A stretch of 64,000 nucleotides of DNA from Laetmonice hystrix (lineage: Eukaryota): contig OZ249436.1 in the NCBI GenBank assembly GCA_965235115.1, positions 25,670,001 through 25,734,000 on the forward strand, written 5' to 3'. Shown piece by piece: positions 12,128 through 26,133 of this stretch (its first letter is position 1; the number at the start of each line of letters is the position of its first letter). The notes beneath the pieces were generated by a model. That model saw nothing but the letters and a program-made list of their open reading frames with translations. It had not been told where the DNA came from and did no database searches. A program made the translations under genes and the position numbers.

Positions 12128-14784
12128 GATCTTTCTCTCTCTCTGAAAGGCACACCACACCAAGCACACATGGACACAGATCTACTTCACATGTCGGGTG
12201 GCGCCCCCCCCCCCCCCCCTGTTGAGGGGGAGCTGGAGTATAAATAGGGCGGAACAGCCTTTGAACCAGTAGGGTGCTAATGATGTCAACCAGGAAAGAG
12301 CTCCGCCTGAATTTACTGAAATATCGCAGATATAAGTGGAACAAAGAAGGTTCTTTCGAAAATTTTATGTCACATTTGTTCATGAACATCTTAAGAAACG
12401 TCTGTATTAATATGAAAAAAATGGCCAGCTAAAAAAGGTACTACCAGAGATTTTTCCATCACTTTCATCAGTTAGATTCAAATGTTGTCGCTGTTCCCCC
12501 TGCGGCTTTACACCCCCTGGTTATGTAGCCATTACGGCCCACCCTCCAGCCGGTGACCGCTGGACTTGCTGGAAGGAGGCCCTGATGGGAGATTACCACC
12601 CAGGTTACTTGGGGAACTCGGGCACAGTCACTGAGTATGCATCACATAAAGGATTTACACAACCAAGGAGTGCCATTGGGAAGTGATGTATGTCTTCTAG
12701 GAAGCATAGGATCTAAGTTGATTTTTAAAACTTTTTCTGAGAATGCTCAGGGCCTAGGACAAATGTGTTTTCTCCCAACCAGAAACATACAGACGCATGT
12801 GTATGTGTATAGGCAGGGCTACCACAACATACAGTCTTGTCCCCACGCAGGGCCCCCCTTATGCTAGACAGTGGGGACCGTGCGGGCGGGCTCCTGCCAG
12901 TTACTACCGCACACTTGATGGTTATCTAATAGGTCTAATGGGAGACCCAGCAAGGCTCCAGTTGTTAGGGTCCTAACAAAAGTTACCCCTTTAACGATTT
13001 ATCAGTGCCGATTACAGGGGTAAATATATACTTGCATGGGGTGACTCTTTCTTGTTTTCAATATTGAATGTATATGGCTAGCCTTGCCACATTTTCTACT
13101 TGAAAAAGCTCCCCTTTTTTCACCACATCTTCATCAGTAAGACATTAAATAAGACCCACATTATTAAGACCACATTATTTGGAGAAGTACCAGAGTAGGC
13201 CTAATTAGTGCTTGGGTACATGGGGGTTAGGGTGACTGAGATATCAGTAACACATTGAATAAGACCCACATTATTATGGCCACATTATTTGGAACAGCAG
13301 TTAGTTAGTACTTGGTATATGGGGATCGGGGGTGACAGACGCCCTTCTCCTTAATCGGACTGAAGTCAGCGGGCTGGGGAGGGGGACTGGCGGTGGAAGG
13401 GACGTCCTGGCGGGAGGGAAGGTCGCCACCGCTACTGCTGCAAACCCTTCATCTAGGTATAGGTATGATTCCCTGACCAACAGTTCTCAGAACAGACGAA
13501 CCTGATTTTGGCCCAAAACCCACAAGATTTACTTTCTACTCACATACACACACCTGGACACTGCCCACTGCACTGCGTTCTGTTTCATTAAATATCCCCA
13601 TAAAAGACTGGCGGATGATCCAGGATTTTGCGTTGGGATGGGGGGGGGGGGGTGGTGGTGGTGAAGGTAATTATAGCGATATGATAACTGTGGTATATTC
13701 TTTCTTTCATACCGCATGTTAAGTAGGGTTGTATAAATAAAGGATATACACCGTTCAAAAGCACGGTTCCCTGGTTTATCGTAGATTTAACCATTTGGCC
13801 ACCATATCCCTGCTACTGGCAAAGAGGCGCCTTCGAAAACTATATTAAGAAGCATCATTCTGCAGAGGTTCATGGCGCTGCTCGGCAGGCGAAGGGCTGA
13901 GGACACGTGTGTTCCCATGCTTACCTGCCGCCCCCTGGTGGCCGCATATGCTACTATGTGAACATGGGTGCCGAAAAAGTGGTGTTTATTTTTCAAACTT
14001 TCAGCCTATATAAACTGTTGTACATTCTGTAAATAGCTGACTACACCATCTGAAAGGAAATTCTCTTTAGGGCCTATCTTGAAAATCATCCCGTTTTACA
14101 TGCAATTTAATACCTTTCTTTTGCTCCAAAATGGGCCAAAGCATTAAAATCTCAATATTTGCTGAGGCATGTCCTAGATCCCTTAGCGCTCGCCCATTGG
14201 TTCTACAAGGCCGGGATCGCAGCACCTACAGATGGAGCCACCAAATTGCAGACTGTATAAAGCACTGCTCTGTTTGGCTCAGAGCCTAATCACAAAAATA
14301 AAAGAGAAAATGCATAATACTCGCATAGTAACGTAAAATCACCTTCTAAAAGTATATATAAAAGTATGTTCATATTTTAGTATAATCCTGCTGTGTCGCT
14401 TAATGATTTACTTTGTCCTGTAAGTGTAACTGTTAAACGGTGCCAGAAAGGCCCATAGTCACTTTTAAACACGATGGAAAGATATGCTCTTTTAATATTT
14501 ATTATATAGCATATCGTATGACGTCATATTGACGTCATTGACATATTCTCAAAATTTCCACAGGCCTGCACATGCTAAACGGTGCTGAACCCTGTATCTT
14601 TGCCCCCCCCCCCCGGAAAATTATTTTTCGATGCCTATGATAATGATGGCATTGGAATTTCTTGTGAAAGGTACAAGATGGAGCAATGTTTCATGTTGAA
14701 AACGAATAGAATACAATAGGTCGGACGGGAACGCCCCAGGGGGATGGGATTCATAATGTGGCTATCGCCACATCCTATCTAGTT
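10577..14784 (+). mobile_element. HINE-A unit U2
   Basis: The head directly follows the CTAGTT of U1. The body is near-identical to 26260-36163 minus insertions. The 3' subTIR-hairpin-CTAGTT ends at 14784. Confidence 0.8.
12072..12145. repeat. (CT)n microsatellite in the HINE-A body (paralogs at ~20866-20925 and ~27754-27809)
   Basis: Direct reading. Confidence 0.9.
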
Positions 14785-14873
14785 ATCCCATCCCCCATCA
14801 AGGGGATGGGATTTTGAAATTGTGTGGTTTCATCTTCCGTATTATTCCCGTAGGTGTAGTAGTTAAACTCATT

Positions 14874-17800
14874 ATCCCATCCCCCATCAAGGGGATGGGA
14901 TTTTGAAATTGTGTGGTTTCATCTTCCGTATTATTATTCCCGTAGTAGATGTAGTAGTTAAACTCATTCTCGTTAGCATCGTATTCCGCTCATTTTTCAA
15001 GATAACAATACAAAACTTGGTAGGCATATTAAGGACGCCAGAAAGAATTGGCAGTTTGAAGCATGACGTCATATGACGTCACGTCATGACGTCATGACGT
15101 AAATTGTGTTTCGTGCATTGAGGCCCATTTTCTTAGCTCCTATTGGAAATTTCAAAAACGCCTCATGCCAATATAATCAGGCAAGGGTGTTGCCTAAAAC
15201 TGACCCTTGATTTGACCTTTGACCTTTAAGCTTAGGGAGAACTGGGTCAGAGGTCACAAATCGGTTAAATTGATTCTTCTTCCCCATTTTCTGGTGAAAT
15301 TTGACAATATCTGGTAGAAACATTTTCCAATGAAAGCTCCACAAACTGGTGCATCGGGTAAGCAATTTGACCTATTTTCACTGAACCACGTGACCTTGAA
15401 ATTTTGAAAAGTGGCCCATTGAACTATCTATGGCTTTAACTTGTAAAAGGTGCCACATAGGGCCCTGGTTACTATTGAGTACGAATAGGAAGTACCTCTT
15501 TCATCTGACACCATTATTTTGTAGGTCACGTGACCTATGACGTCATAATGATGTCATCCATATTTTCTCAGGGCTATAACTTGTAAATGGTTAAAGATAG
15601 AGCCAGAGTTACTATTATACACTAATAGGAAGTCCTATATGCTCTTTCATCTAGCACCATTTTTTTGTAGGTCACGAGACCTATGACGTCATAATGATGT
15701 CATCCATATTTTCTTGGGGCTATAACTTGTAAATGGTTGAAGATAGAGCCAGAGTTACTATTAAACACTAATAGGAAGTCCTATATGCTCTTTCATCTAG
15801 CACCATTATTTTGTAGGTCACGAGAGCTTTGACGTCATAATGATGTCATCCATATTTTCTCAGGGCTATAACTTGTAAATGGTTGAAGATAGAGTCAGAG
15901 TGACTATTAAACACTAATAGGAAGTCCTATATACTCTTTCACCTGGCACCATTATTTTGTAGGTCACGTGACCTATGGCGTCATAATGATGTCATCCATA
16001 TTTTCTCAGGGCTATAACTTGTAAAGGGTTGAAGATAGAGCCAGAGTGACTATTAAACACTAATAGGACGTCCTATATGCTCTTTCATCTGGCACCATTA
16101 TTTTGTAGGTCACGTGACCTATGACGTCATAATGATGTCATCCATATTTTCTCAGGGCTATAACTTGTAAATGGTTAAAGATAGAGCAAGAGTTACTATT
16201 ATACACTAATAGGAAGTCCTATATGCTCTTTCATCTGGGACTATTATTTTATAGGTCACCTGACCTATTACGTCATAATGATGTCATCCATATTTTTCCA
16301 GGGCTATAACTTGTAAAGGGTTCAAGATAGAGCCAGAGTTACTATTAAACACTAATAGGAAGTCCTATATGCTCTTTCATCTAGCACCATTATTTTGTAG
16401 GTCACGAGACCTATGACGTCATAATGATGTCATCCATATTTTCTTGGGGCTATAACTTGTAAATGGTTGAAGATAGAGCCAGAGTTACTATTAAACACTA
16501 ATAGGAAGTCCTATATGCTCTTTCATCTAGCACCATTATTTTGTAGATCACGTGACCTATGACGTCATAATGATGTCATCCATATTTTCTCAGGGCTATA
16601 ACTTGTAAAGGGTTCAAGATAGAGCCAGAGTTACTATTAAACACTAATAGGAAGTCCTATATGCTCTTTCATCTAGCACCATTATTTTGTAGGTCACGAG
16701 ACCTATGACGTCATAATGATGTCATCCATATTTTCTTGGGGCTATAACTTGTAAATGGTTGAAGATAGAGCCAGAGTTACTATTAAACACTAATAGGAAG
16801 TCCTATATGCTCTTTCATCTAGCACCATTATTTTGTAGGTCACGTGACCTATGACGTCATAATGATGTCATCCATATTTTCTCAGGGCTATAACTTGTAA
16901 ATGGTTAAAGATAGAGCCAGAGTTACTATTAAACACTAATAGGAAGTCTTATATGCTCTTTCATCTAGCACCATTATTTTGTAGGTCACGTGACCTATGA
17001 CGTCATAATGATGTCATCCATATTTTCTCAGGGCTATAACTTGTAAATGGTTAAAGATAGAGCCAGAGTTACTATTATACACTAATAGGAAGTCCTATAT
17101 GCTCTTTCATCTGGGACTATTATTTTATAGGTCACCTGACCTATTACTTCATAATGATGTCATCCATATTTTTCCAGGGCTATAACTTGTAAAGGGTTCA
17201 AGATAGAGCCAGAGTTACTATTAAACACTAATAGGAAGTCCTATATGCTCTTTCATCTAGCACCATTATTTTGTAGGTCACGAGACCTATGACGTCATAA
17301 TGATGTCATCCATATTTTCTTGGGGCTATAACTTGTAAATGGTTGAAGATAGAGCCAGAGTTACTAGTAAACACTAATAGGAAGTCCTATATGCTCTTTC
17401 ATCTAGCACCATTATTTTGTAGATCACGTGACCTATGACGTCATAATGATGTCATCCATATTTTCTCAGGGCTATAACTTGTAAAGGGTTCAAGATAGAG
17501 CCAGAGTTACTATTAAACACTAATAGGAAGTCCTATATGCTTTCATCTAGCACCATTATTTTGTAGGTCACGAGACCTATGACGTCATAATGATGTCATC
17601 CATATTTTCTTGGGGCTATAACTTGTAAATGGTTGAAGATAGAGCCAGAGTTACTATTAAACACTAATAGGAAGTCCTATATGCTCTTTCATCTAGCACC
17701 ATTATTTTGTAGGTCACGTGACCTATGACGTCATAATGATGTCATCCATATTTTCTCAGGGCTATAACTTGTAAATGGTTAAAGATAGAGCCAGAGTTAC

Positions 17801-18676
17801 TATTAAACACTAATAGGAAGTCTTATATGCTCTTTCATCTAGCACCATTATTTTGTAGGTCACGTGACCTATGACGTCATAATGATGTCATCCATATATT
17901 CTCAGGGCTATAACTTGTAAACGGTTGAAGTTAGAGTCAGAGTTACTATTAAACGCAAATAAGAAGTCATATGCTCTTTTATTTGGCACCATTATTTTTA
18001 GGTCACGTGCTGTATGACATCATAATGATCATGATGTCATTGATATTTTGTCAGGGCTCTAATTTGTAAATGGTTGAAGTTAGAGCCAGAGTTACAATTA
18101 AACACTAATAGGAAGTCATATATGCCCTTTCATTTGGCACCACTATTTATTAGGTGACGTGACATGTGACGTCATCAGGATATCTTCTATTGTTTTCCCA
18201 GGGCCAGAACTTATAACTGGTAGAAGTTATAGGCATAGTTACTTTGAACATGAATAGGAAGTCACATATGCTCTTTCAGTAGACACCAAGATTTATGACG
18301 TAGCATAATGTATGATGTCATAATGACGTAACTGATATCTTCAAAGGATTTCCAAAGGGTTTCTTTTTGGCCTTACTTTTACCGTCTATACTTGCTATAA
18401 GCATGTTATAATCACATCATTGGCAACTTCTAAGGATTATAACTCGCAAACAGGACAAGATGGGGTCATGCTTACTATTGAACATCAATAAAAAGCCATT
18501 CATACTCTTTTGATAGACACCAAGATTTATGACATAGCAAGATGTGATATATTCATGACGTAATTGCCATTTCTAGGGCTTGTCAGGTGAAAACTGTGCA
18601 AGATAGAACGGGTCGGACGGGAACGCCCCAGGGGGATGGGATTCACAATGTGGCTATCGCCACATCCTATCTAGTT
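14874..18676 (+). mobile_element. Complete HINE-A copy inserted at a TT inside another HINE-A copy
   Basis: The filled site aaactcatt[atcccatccccc...ctatctagtt]ctctttagc compares with the empty site aaactcattctctttagc at 622-639. Confidence 0.9.
15430..18200. repeat. 146-bp tandem satellite (HINE core repeat), ~18 copies, with an 876-bp (6-mer) higher-order duplication
   Basis: gggctataacttg recurs at 15571, 15717, 15863 and onward. The variant tcatctgggactatt occurs at 16231 and 17107. Confidence 0.95.
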
Positions 18677-20034
18677 CTCTTTAGCATCGTATCTCGCTCA
18701 TTTTTCAAGATAGCAATACAAAACTTGGTAGGCGTATTAAGGACGCCAGAGAGAATTTGCAGTTTGAAGCTTGACGTCATATGACGTCACGTCATGACGT
18801 CATGACGTTAATCGTGTTTTACGCATTGAGGCCATTTTCTAAAGCTCATATTGAGAATTTCAAAAACGTCTCATGCCAAGATAATCAGGCAAGGGTATTG
18901 CCTAAATCTGACCCTTGCTTTGACCTTTGACCCTTTAAGCTGAGGGAGAACTGGGTCAGAGGTCACAAATCGGTTAAATTGATTGTTCTTCCCCATTTTT
19001 GGGTGAAACTTGACAATATGTGGTAGAAGCATTCTCCAATGTAAGCTCCACAAACTGGTGCATCGGGTAAACAATTTGACGTATTTTCACTAAACCACGT
19101 GACTTTGAAGTTTTGAACTCGGGTCATTTTGAAAGGTCCTTGCTGTAACTTTTGAAAGATTTAAGACAGAGCCTTAATTGTTCATTAACTTTATAAAAGT
19201 GAATGTCTTCGTTAATAAAGTACCATAATGTTTGTATCACGAGACATGTGACGTCATCTATGACGTCATCTTTCTGATTTATGTAACCGAACTTCTACGG
19301 GCTGTATCTTGAAAGGTATTACACATAGCCATATGAAAGTACATCTGTTGTAAAGTACATAGAGTCAGGTATACCACTGATTGTTCAATTCTTGTTCTCG
19401 AAAGGCATTATAGCCACAATCATAAGTTGTCATGTGTATTAGTCTTCACATATTATAATGTTTGGCACTAGGGTGGTTGGGGTCTCTGTATACACAGATC
19501 GCCCACTGTGCGTTCGCCGTTCGGCTCCGGCCGGGTCGGCAGAGTGTTATGTAAGTGCTACTGATAAGGCCCGCTGGTGTCGACTGCCCCAGTCCTCACA
19601 GTCAGGGTGTTGTTGGAGGAATCTGTACCCAGAACAACCCCAACTGAATGAATTAGCGGTGCTTTAGAGCTGTATGTGTAACTGTCTAATACATATTTTT
19701 TTGAATCTTATATTGGAGGAGAGCAATAAAACAAAACTCTCATGAAGGTTGTTTTCTTGAAGTAACAAAACAACTCTTGGCCAGCCAGGTTTAGTGAGCC
19801 AGCAGATTGATGTGGATAGATGTCACATTTCGGGCCGGTCGTCTTGAAGTAACAAAACAACTCTTGGCCAGCCAGGTTTAGTGAGCCAGCAGATTGATGT
19901 GGATAGATGTCACATTTCGGGCCGGTCGTCGGTCGTGACTACTCTGGAGCATTAGGTCTATGTCTATTCAGAACTGACATAACTGAATTAGCTGTGATTT
20001 TGAACTGTAGGTATAACGGTCTAATACATACATG

Positions 20035-20419
20035 CAGGGGCGTAGGAAAAGGGGGGGCCAGGGGGGCCAGGGGGGCCATGGCCCCCCCACTTTGAAATGA
20101 GGGGGGCCAGGGTATCTTTTGGCCCCCCCACTTTTTCCCTCCCCTTGACTTTTGCCATTGGAAGTGTATGGAAGTCTATGGGGGGAGGGTATTTTCTCAT
20201 ATTTCAGACCTTATTTTGTGCTCTAAGATGCACCAAATGTCACCAAATTACACTATAAATTTCAAAAATTTTCGGGGGGGGGGCATGCTCCGGACCCCCT
20301 AGCATGGCTTCGCGCCTTCGGCGCTCGCCCAGTCCCCCCGCCAAACTGTAATCCCCCTCGAAAAGTCCTGTGCATGGCCCTGTTGGCCCCCCACTTTTAA
20401 AGTGCTTCCTACGCCCCTG
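20035..20419. mobile_element. 385-bp MITE with CAGGGG termini and 5-bp TSD (hAT5-like)
   Basis: caggggcgtaggaa pairs with ttcctacgcccctg. ACATG lies at 20030-20034 and 20420-20424, and there is a single ACATG at the empty site ~1916. Confidence 0.85.
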
Positions 20420-20860
20420 ACATGTATATGTTTTTGAATCTGTTTTGGTTTGAATAGGAGTAGAGTTGAACTAGATATGTTGTGGAGTACTATAATGATT
20501 TTCAGCCCGCCTGCCTGCCTGCCTCCCCTGCTCACACCAACGAGTATAGAATTCTATACTCCTTGCTCACACTGACCACAATTATGGCCGTATCGCCGTT
20601 GCGAGTTTTGTTACCTGGTATCAAACCTTTTGAGGAGACTTCTAATAATGAAAGGAAGTAGGCCTAATCATTCGTTACATGTAGGGGGTCTAAGTTTTTG
20701 AAATGCTTGCACATGTTGTCTGACCGCACATGTCTCTCCCAACCCTATTAATAGATGGAGCGCAGACAGGCAGGCAGTGGCGGTCTGCACATAAATTAAG
20801 GGATCAATTAGTGACCTGCAATTATCTTCTGCAACCCCCACCCTTGTTGCTGTTGGTTAA

Positions 20861-20906
<46 letters not shown>

Positions 20907-22788
20907 GATCTTTCTCTCTCTCTCTGAAAGGCACACCACACCAAGCACACATGGACACAGATCTACTTCACATGTCGGGTGGCGCCCCCCCCCCCCCATG
21001 TTGACTTAACGATTTATCAGTGCCGATTACAGGGGTAAATATATACTTGCATGGGGTGACTCTTTCTTGTTTTCAATATTGAATGTATATGGCTAGCCTT
21101 GCCACATTTTCTACTTGAAAAAGCTCCCCTTTTTTCACCACATCTTCATCAGTAAGACATTAAATAAGACCCACATTATTAAGACCACATTATTTGGAGA
21201 AGTACCAGAGTAGGCCTAATTAGTGCTTGGGTACATGGGGGTTAGGGTGACTGAGATATCAGTAACACATTGAATAAGACCCACATTATTATGGCCACAT
21301 TATTTGAAACAGCAGTTAGTTAGTACTTGGTATATGGGGATCGGGGGTGACAGACGCCCTTCTCCTTAATCGGACTGAAGTCAGCGGGCTGGGGAGGGGG
21401 ACTGGCGGTGGAAGGGACGTCCTGGCGGGAGGGAAGGTCGCCACCGCTACTGCTGCAAACCCTTCATCTAGGTATAGGTATGATTCCCTGACCAACAGTT
21501 CTCAGAACAGACGAACCCGATTTTGGCCCAAAACCCACAAGATTTACTTTCTACTCACATACACACACCTGGACACTGCCCACTGCACTGCGTTCTGTTT
21601 CATTAAATATCCCCATAAAAGACTGGCGGATGATCCAGGATTTTGCGTTGGGATGGGGGGGGGGTGGTGGTGGTGGTGAAGGTAATTATAGCGACATGAT
21701 AACTGTGGTATATTCTTTCTTTCATACCGCATGTTAAGTAGGGTTGTATAAATAAAGGATATACACCGTTCAAAAGCACGGTTCCCTGGTTTATCGTAGA
21801 TTTAACCATTTGGCCACCATATCCCTGCTACTGGCAAAGAGGCGCCTTCGAAAACTATATTAAAAAGCATCATTCTGCAGAAGTTCATGGCGCTGCTCGG
21901 CAGGCGAAGGGCTGAGGACACGTGTTCCCACGCTTACCTGCCGCCCCCTGGTGGCCGCATATACTTTGTGAACATGGGTGCCGAAAAAGTGGTGTTTATT
22001 TTTCAAACTTTCAGCCTATATGAACTGTTGTACATTCTGTAAATAGCTGACTACACCATCTGAAAGGAAATTCTCTTTAGGGCCTATCTTGAAAATCATC
22101 CCGTTTTACATGCAATTTAATACCTTTCTTTTGCTCCAAAATGGGCCAAAGCATTCAAATCTCAATATTTGCTGAGGCATGTCCTATCCCTTAGCGCTCG
22201 CCCATTGGTTCTACAAGGCCGGGATCGCAGCACCTACAGATGGAGCCACCAAATTGCAGACTGTATAAAGCACTGCTCTGTTTGGCTCAGAGCCTAATCA
22301 CAAAAATAAAAGATAAAATGCATAATACTCGCATAGTAACGTAAAATCACCTTATAAAAGTATAAGTATGTTCATATTTTAGTATAATCCTGCTGTGTCG
22401 CTTAATGATTTACTTTGTCCTGTAAGTGTAACTGCTAAACGGTGCCAGAAAGGCCCATAGTCACTCTTAAACACGATGGAAAGATATGCTCTTTTAATAT
22501 TTATTATATAGCATATCGTATGACGTCATATTGACGTCATTGACATATTCTCAAAATTTCCACAGGCCTGCACATGCTAAACGGTGCTGAACCCTGTATC
22601 TTTGCCCCCCCCCCCACTGGAAAATTATTTTCCGATGCCTATGATAATGATGGCATTGGAATTTCTTGTGAAAGGTACAAGATGGAGCAATGTTTCATGT
22701 TGAAAACGAATAGAATACAATGGGTCGGACGGGAACGCCCCAGGGGGATGGGATTCATAATGTGGCCATCGCCACATCCTATCTAGTT

Positions 22789-25700
22789 ATTCCCGTAGTA
22801 GTAGTAGTAGTTGTAGTAGTTGCTTTTGTGCATACAGCTCAGTCATTGATAAAGATATCCAACTGAAACTTGGCATGGACATTCACAATGGTAGGGAGAA
22901 TCGATCCCTATAATTATTACGTCATACGACGTCACGTCATGACGTCATGACGTATTTTGCATTTCAAACTTATAGGCATTTCTTGAAGTCATAATTCATA
23001 GTTTCCCAAAACTTTTCATAGTCTAATAATCGGGCATAGACCCTTTTTACTAATCTTCATTATTTTGACCTTTGACCTTTGACGTCATGGAAAAGTAGGT
23101 CATATGTCCGAAAGTGGTCAAATCGCTACTCCTCTGCCATTTTTTGAGAAAATATAATAATTTTTGGTAGACAGGTCTTCTGTAGTGAGGTTTATTTGTT
23201 CGAGTGGGGAATAAGCAATTTGACCTATTTTCGCTGTACCACGTGACCTTAAAGTTGGCAAAATTGACCATTTGAGATGTACATTGCTATAACTCTCAAA
23301 TGAAGCGAGATAGAGCCATGGTTACTATTGAGGTCATATAGGAAGTCATACATGCTCTTTCTATTGACACCAATACCGATGACATAGGGTGACGTATTAC
23401 GTCGTAATGACGTTATTGATATATCAGCAATATTGTTTAAAGAGCTATAACTCCTAAACGGGGCCAGATAGAGCCATGGTTACTATTGCAGCCATATAGG
23501 AAGTCATATATGAGCTTTCGAAAGACACTATTATCGATGACGTAGGATGACGTATTACGTCATAATGACATCATTGACCTATAACCAATATTGCTTAAAG
23601 AGCTATAACTCTTAAACGAGGCCAGATAGAGCTATGGTTACTATTGCAGCCATATATTAAGTCATACATGCTCTTTCAAAAGACACCAATACTGATGACA
23701 TAGGGTGACGTTTTACGTCATAATGACGTCATTGATATATCACCAATTGGCATTTGTGCATCTATCTCAGTCATTTATAAAGATATCCGAATGAAACTTG
23801 ACAGGGACATTCACCATGGCAGAGAGAATGGACACATGTAACTATTACGTCATATGACGTCACATCATGACGTCATGACGTAATTTGTATTTTAGACTTA
23901 TTGGCATTTCTTGAAGCCATATACTATACTTTCCCAAGACTTTTCATAGCTGAATAATCGGGCATATACTCTTTTTACTACTCTCCATTATTTTGACCTT
24001 TGACCTTTGAGGTCATGGAAAAGTAGGTCATATGTCCGAAAGTGGTCAAATCCCTACTCCTCTGCCATTTTTTGAGAAAATATGACAATTTTTGGTGGAC
24101 AGGCCTTCTGTAGTGAGCTTTGTTTGAAACCGCATGGAATATGACATTTGACCTATTTTCGCTGTACCACGTGACTTTGAAGTTTGACACTTTTTACATT
24201 TTTTTCGAAAACTGCTTCAGTCATTTAGGAATCGTGTATTTGGGCATTAGATATGTGCTGCTGTTGACGATTGATCACTGTGCATAATTCTTTTAATAAA
24301 TTTACCAATAATTTTTAATTTATGATGAAATATCTGTAATCTGGCTTTGACAGGCTCTACCTTGAAACGTGTTTAAGATAGTGACATACAAATACAAAAA
24401 TTACAAAGTCTATAGATTCAGGTATACCACTGACTGTTTAGTTCTTTTTTTGGAAAGGTAGTCTGGCCAGAATTCTAAGTTTTAATGGATAAGAATAATA
24501 TGTTTACACTGACGGTTGGCATCTCTCAATACACAAACCACCCGCTGTGCATGGCCGGCCGCCTCTCCCTGCCCTGCCCGGTGTTGGCAGTTGGCATTAC
24601 GTAACTGCTGCTGATAAGGTCGGGCGGTGACTCCCAGTCAGGATGGGTTGATGTTGATGGACCCTTGTGCTGGGAACAGACTTAATTGAATAGCTGGGCA
24701 TTTGTATTTATATAAAACTGTAGGTATTACTGTCTAATATATTATATTCTTGAATCTTATATTGGAGGAGAGCGGAATAAAAAAAAACACTGATGATATT
24801 AAGCCGTCTTCTTGAAGTTAAGAGAGAACTATTGTCCAGCTGCGACCTATATTTTCCTCCCAGTCAGGGAGGGGTTGGAGGAATGTGATTGTGTATCCAG
24901 AATACACAAAGTGACAATTTGCCATAGGCCTAGAGCTAAACCCTTCCCAGTCGGGAAGTGAGCTAATGCTGAGATCACAGTGAGGTCACTTTTTCCTCAC
25001 AGTTGTGAAGACGCAATCATTATGATGTCAGTATGATCTTATGAGGTCAGAATGAGATATAATTCCGACATCACCCTGATATCACATAAATGTCAGCTGG
25101 TGAGATCACACATTGATCTCACAGCAATCCCATAATGGTATCATTATGCGAGAACAAATAGTGAGATCTTTCTGATGTCAGAATGTTATAAAATTCCAAC
25201 ATCACCTTGATGTAAATCTCAGCTGGTGAGGTCACACATTGGACTCACAGCAATCTCATAATGACTTCACTATGTGAGAACAAATATTGAGATCTTTCTG
25301 ATGTCAGAATGTTATAAAATTGCATCACCTTGACATCATGTAAATCTCAGCTGGTGGCGCTGTTATCATTGAGATTGACTAGACTGTCCGAAACACAATG
25401 GTTAGAACTGCCTAAGCCAGGATTTTTTCTAGAATGTCTCTGTGGGAACCCAGGAAGGTGGTGCGACAACGTCATTTCAAAAATATATTGGTACTGTTAT
25501 GTCAGAGAGATATCAAAATGATCTCACAGTGAGAGATCAAATGGTGAGATCACAGTGAGAATATAGCTGTAGGAAAGAAGAAATAGCTATAGGAAAGAAA
25601 AAATTGATTGTCGGGCGGTAGTCTTGCGCTAGCACTGAAGGGCCTGCCTGGCGCCGCCTGGCGTGGGCACCTCCCTTCACATATCCCCACTCTTTCTTTT

Positions 25701-26133
25701 TGAAGAATTAACAAAAATTATTGTTAGGCTAACTCAAAATACAGCCACGTGCCCAGGATTTTCGGCAGAGAGGTCTCCAAAATCGAAATGAAAATGAAAA
25801 TCGATGTTGATAGATCACCAATATTATTGAAACAGCTATAACTCTGAAAGGGGGCCCGGTAGAGCTATGGTTACTATTGAAGCTATAATAGGAACATGTT
25901 CTTTCAAAAGATACCAAAATCTATTATGTAGGGTGACGTATTACGTGACAATGACGTCATTGATAGATGACCAATATTAATTATTGAGGTCATATAGGAA
26001 GTAATAATAATGCTCTTTCGATCTACGGGCCTATCGACGACGTGGAGGTAGTCTAACATGATAATGTATCTATGATTTTCATTGCCAGGGGATGGGATAC
26101 AAGATGTTGGCCCAAGCCACATCGGCGCTAGTT
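22789..26133 (+). mobile_element. HINE-A unit U4 (no 62-bp head; starts attcccgtag(tag)n; 5' region duplicated internally from ~23750)
   Basis: Follows CTAGTT. The body is similar to 38307-43396. The variant 3' end is ggggatgggatacaagatgttggcccaagccacatcggcgCTAGTT. Confidence 0.75.

Larger units (their letters stand above)
14785..22788 (+). mobile_element. HINE-A unit U3 (chimera: U1-type 5' half, U2-type 3' half) with a nested copy at 14874-18676
   Basis: Head at 14785. The body resumes at 18677 matching 631 onward, then switches to U2-type sequence at ~20505. CTAG lies at 22783-22786. Confidence 0.8.

Noticed and set aside
10953..13996. Short ORFs that recur identically in paralogous units (e.g. 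11590-11859 and 27273-27542)
   Set aside because: Recurrence reflects recent DNA duplication of non-coding HINE bodies, and no protein motifs were recognised.
19755..19928. 87-bp tandem duplication in U3
   Set aside because: Real but an ordinary local slippage duplication, absent from U1 and with no further structure.
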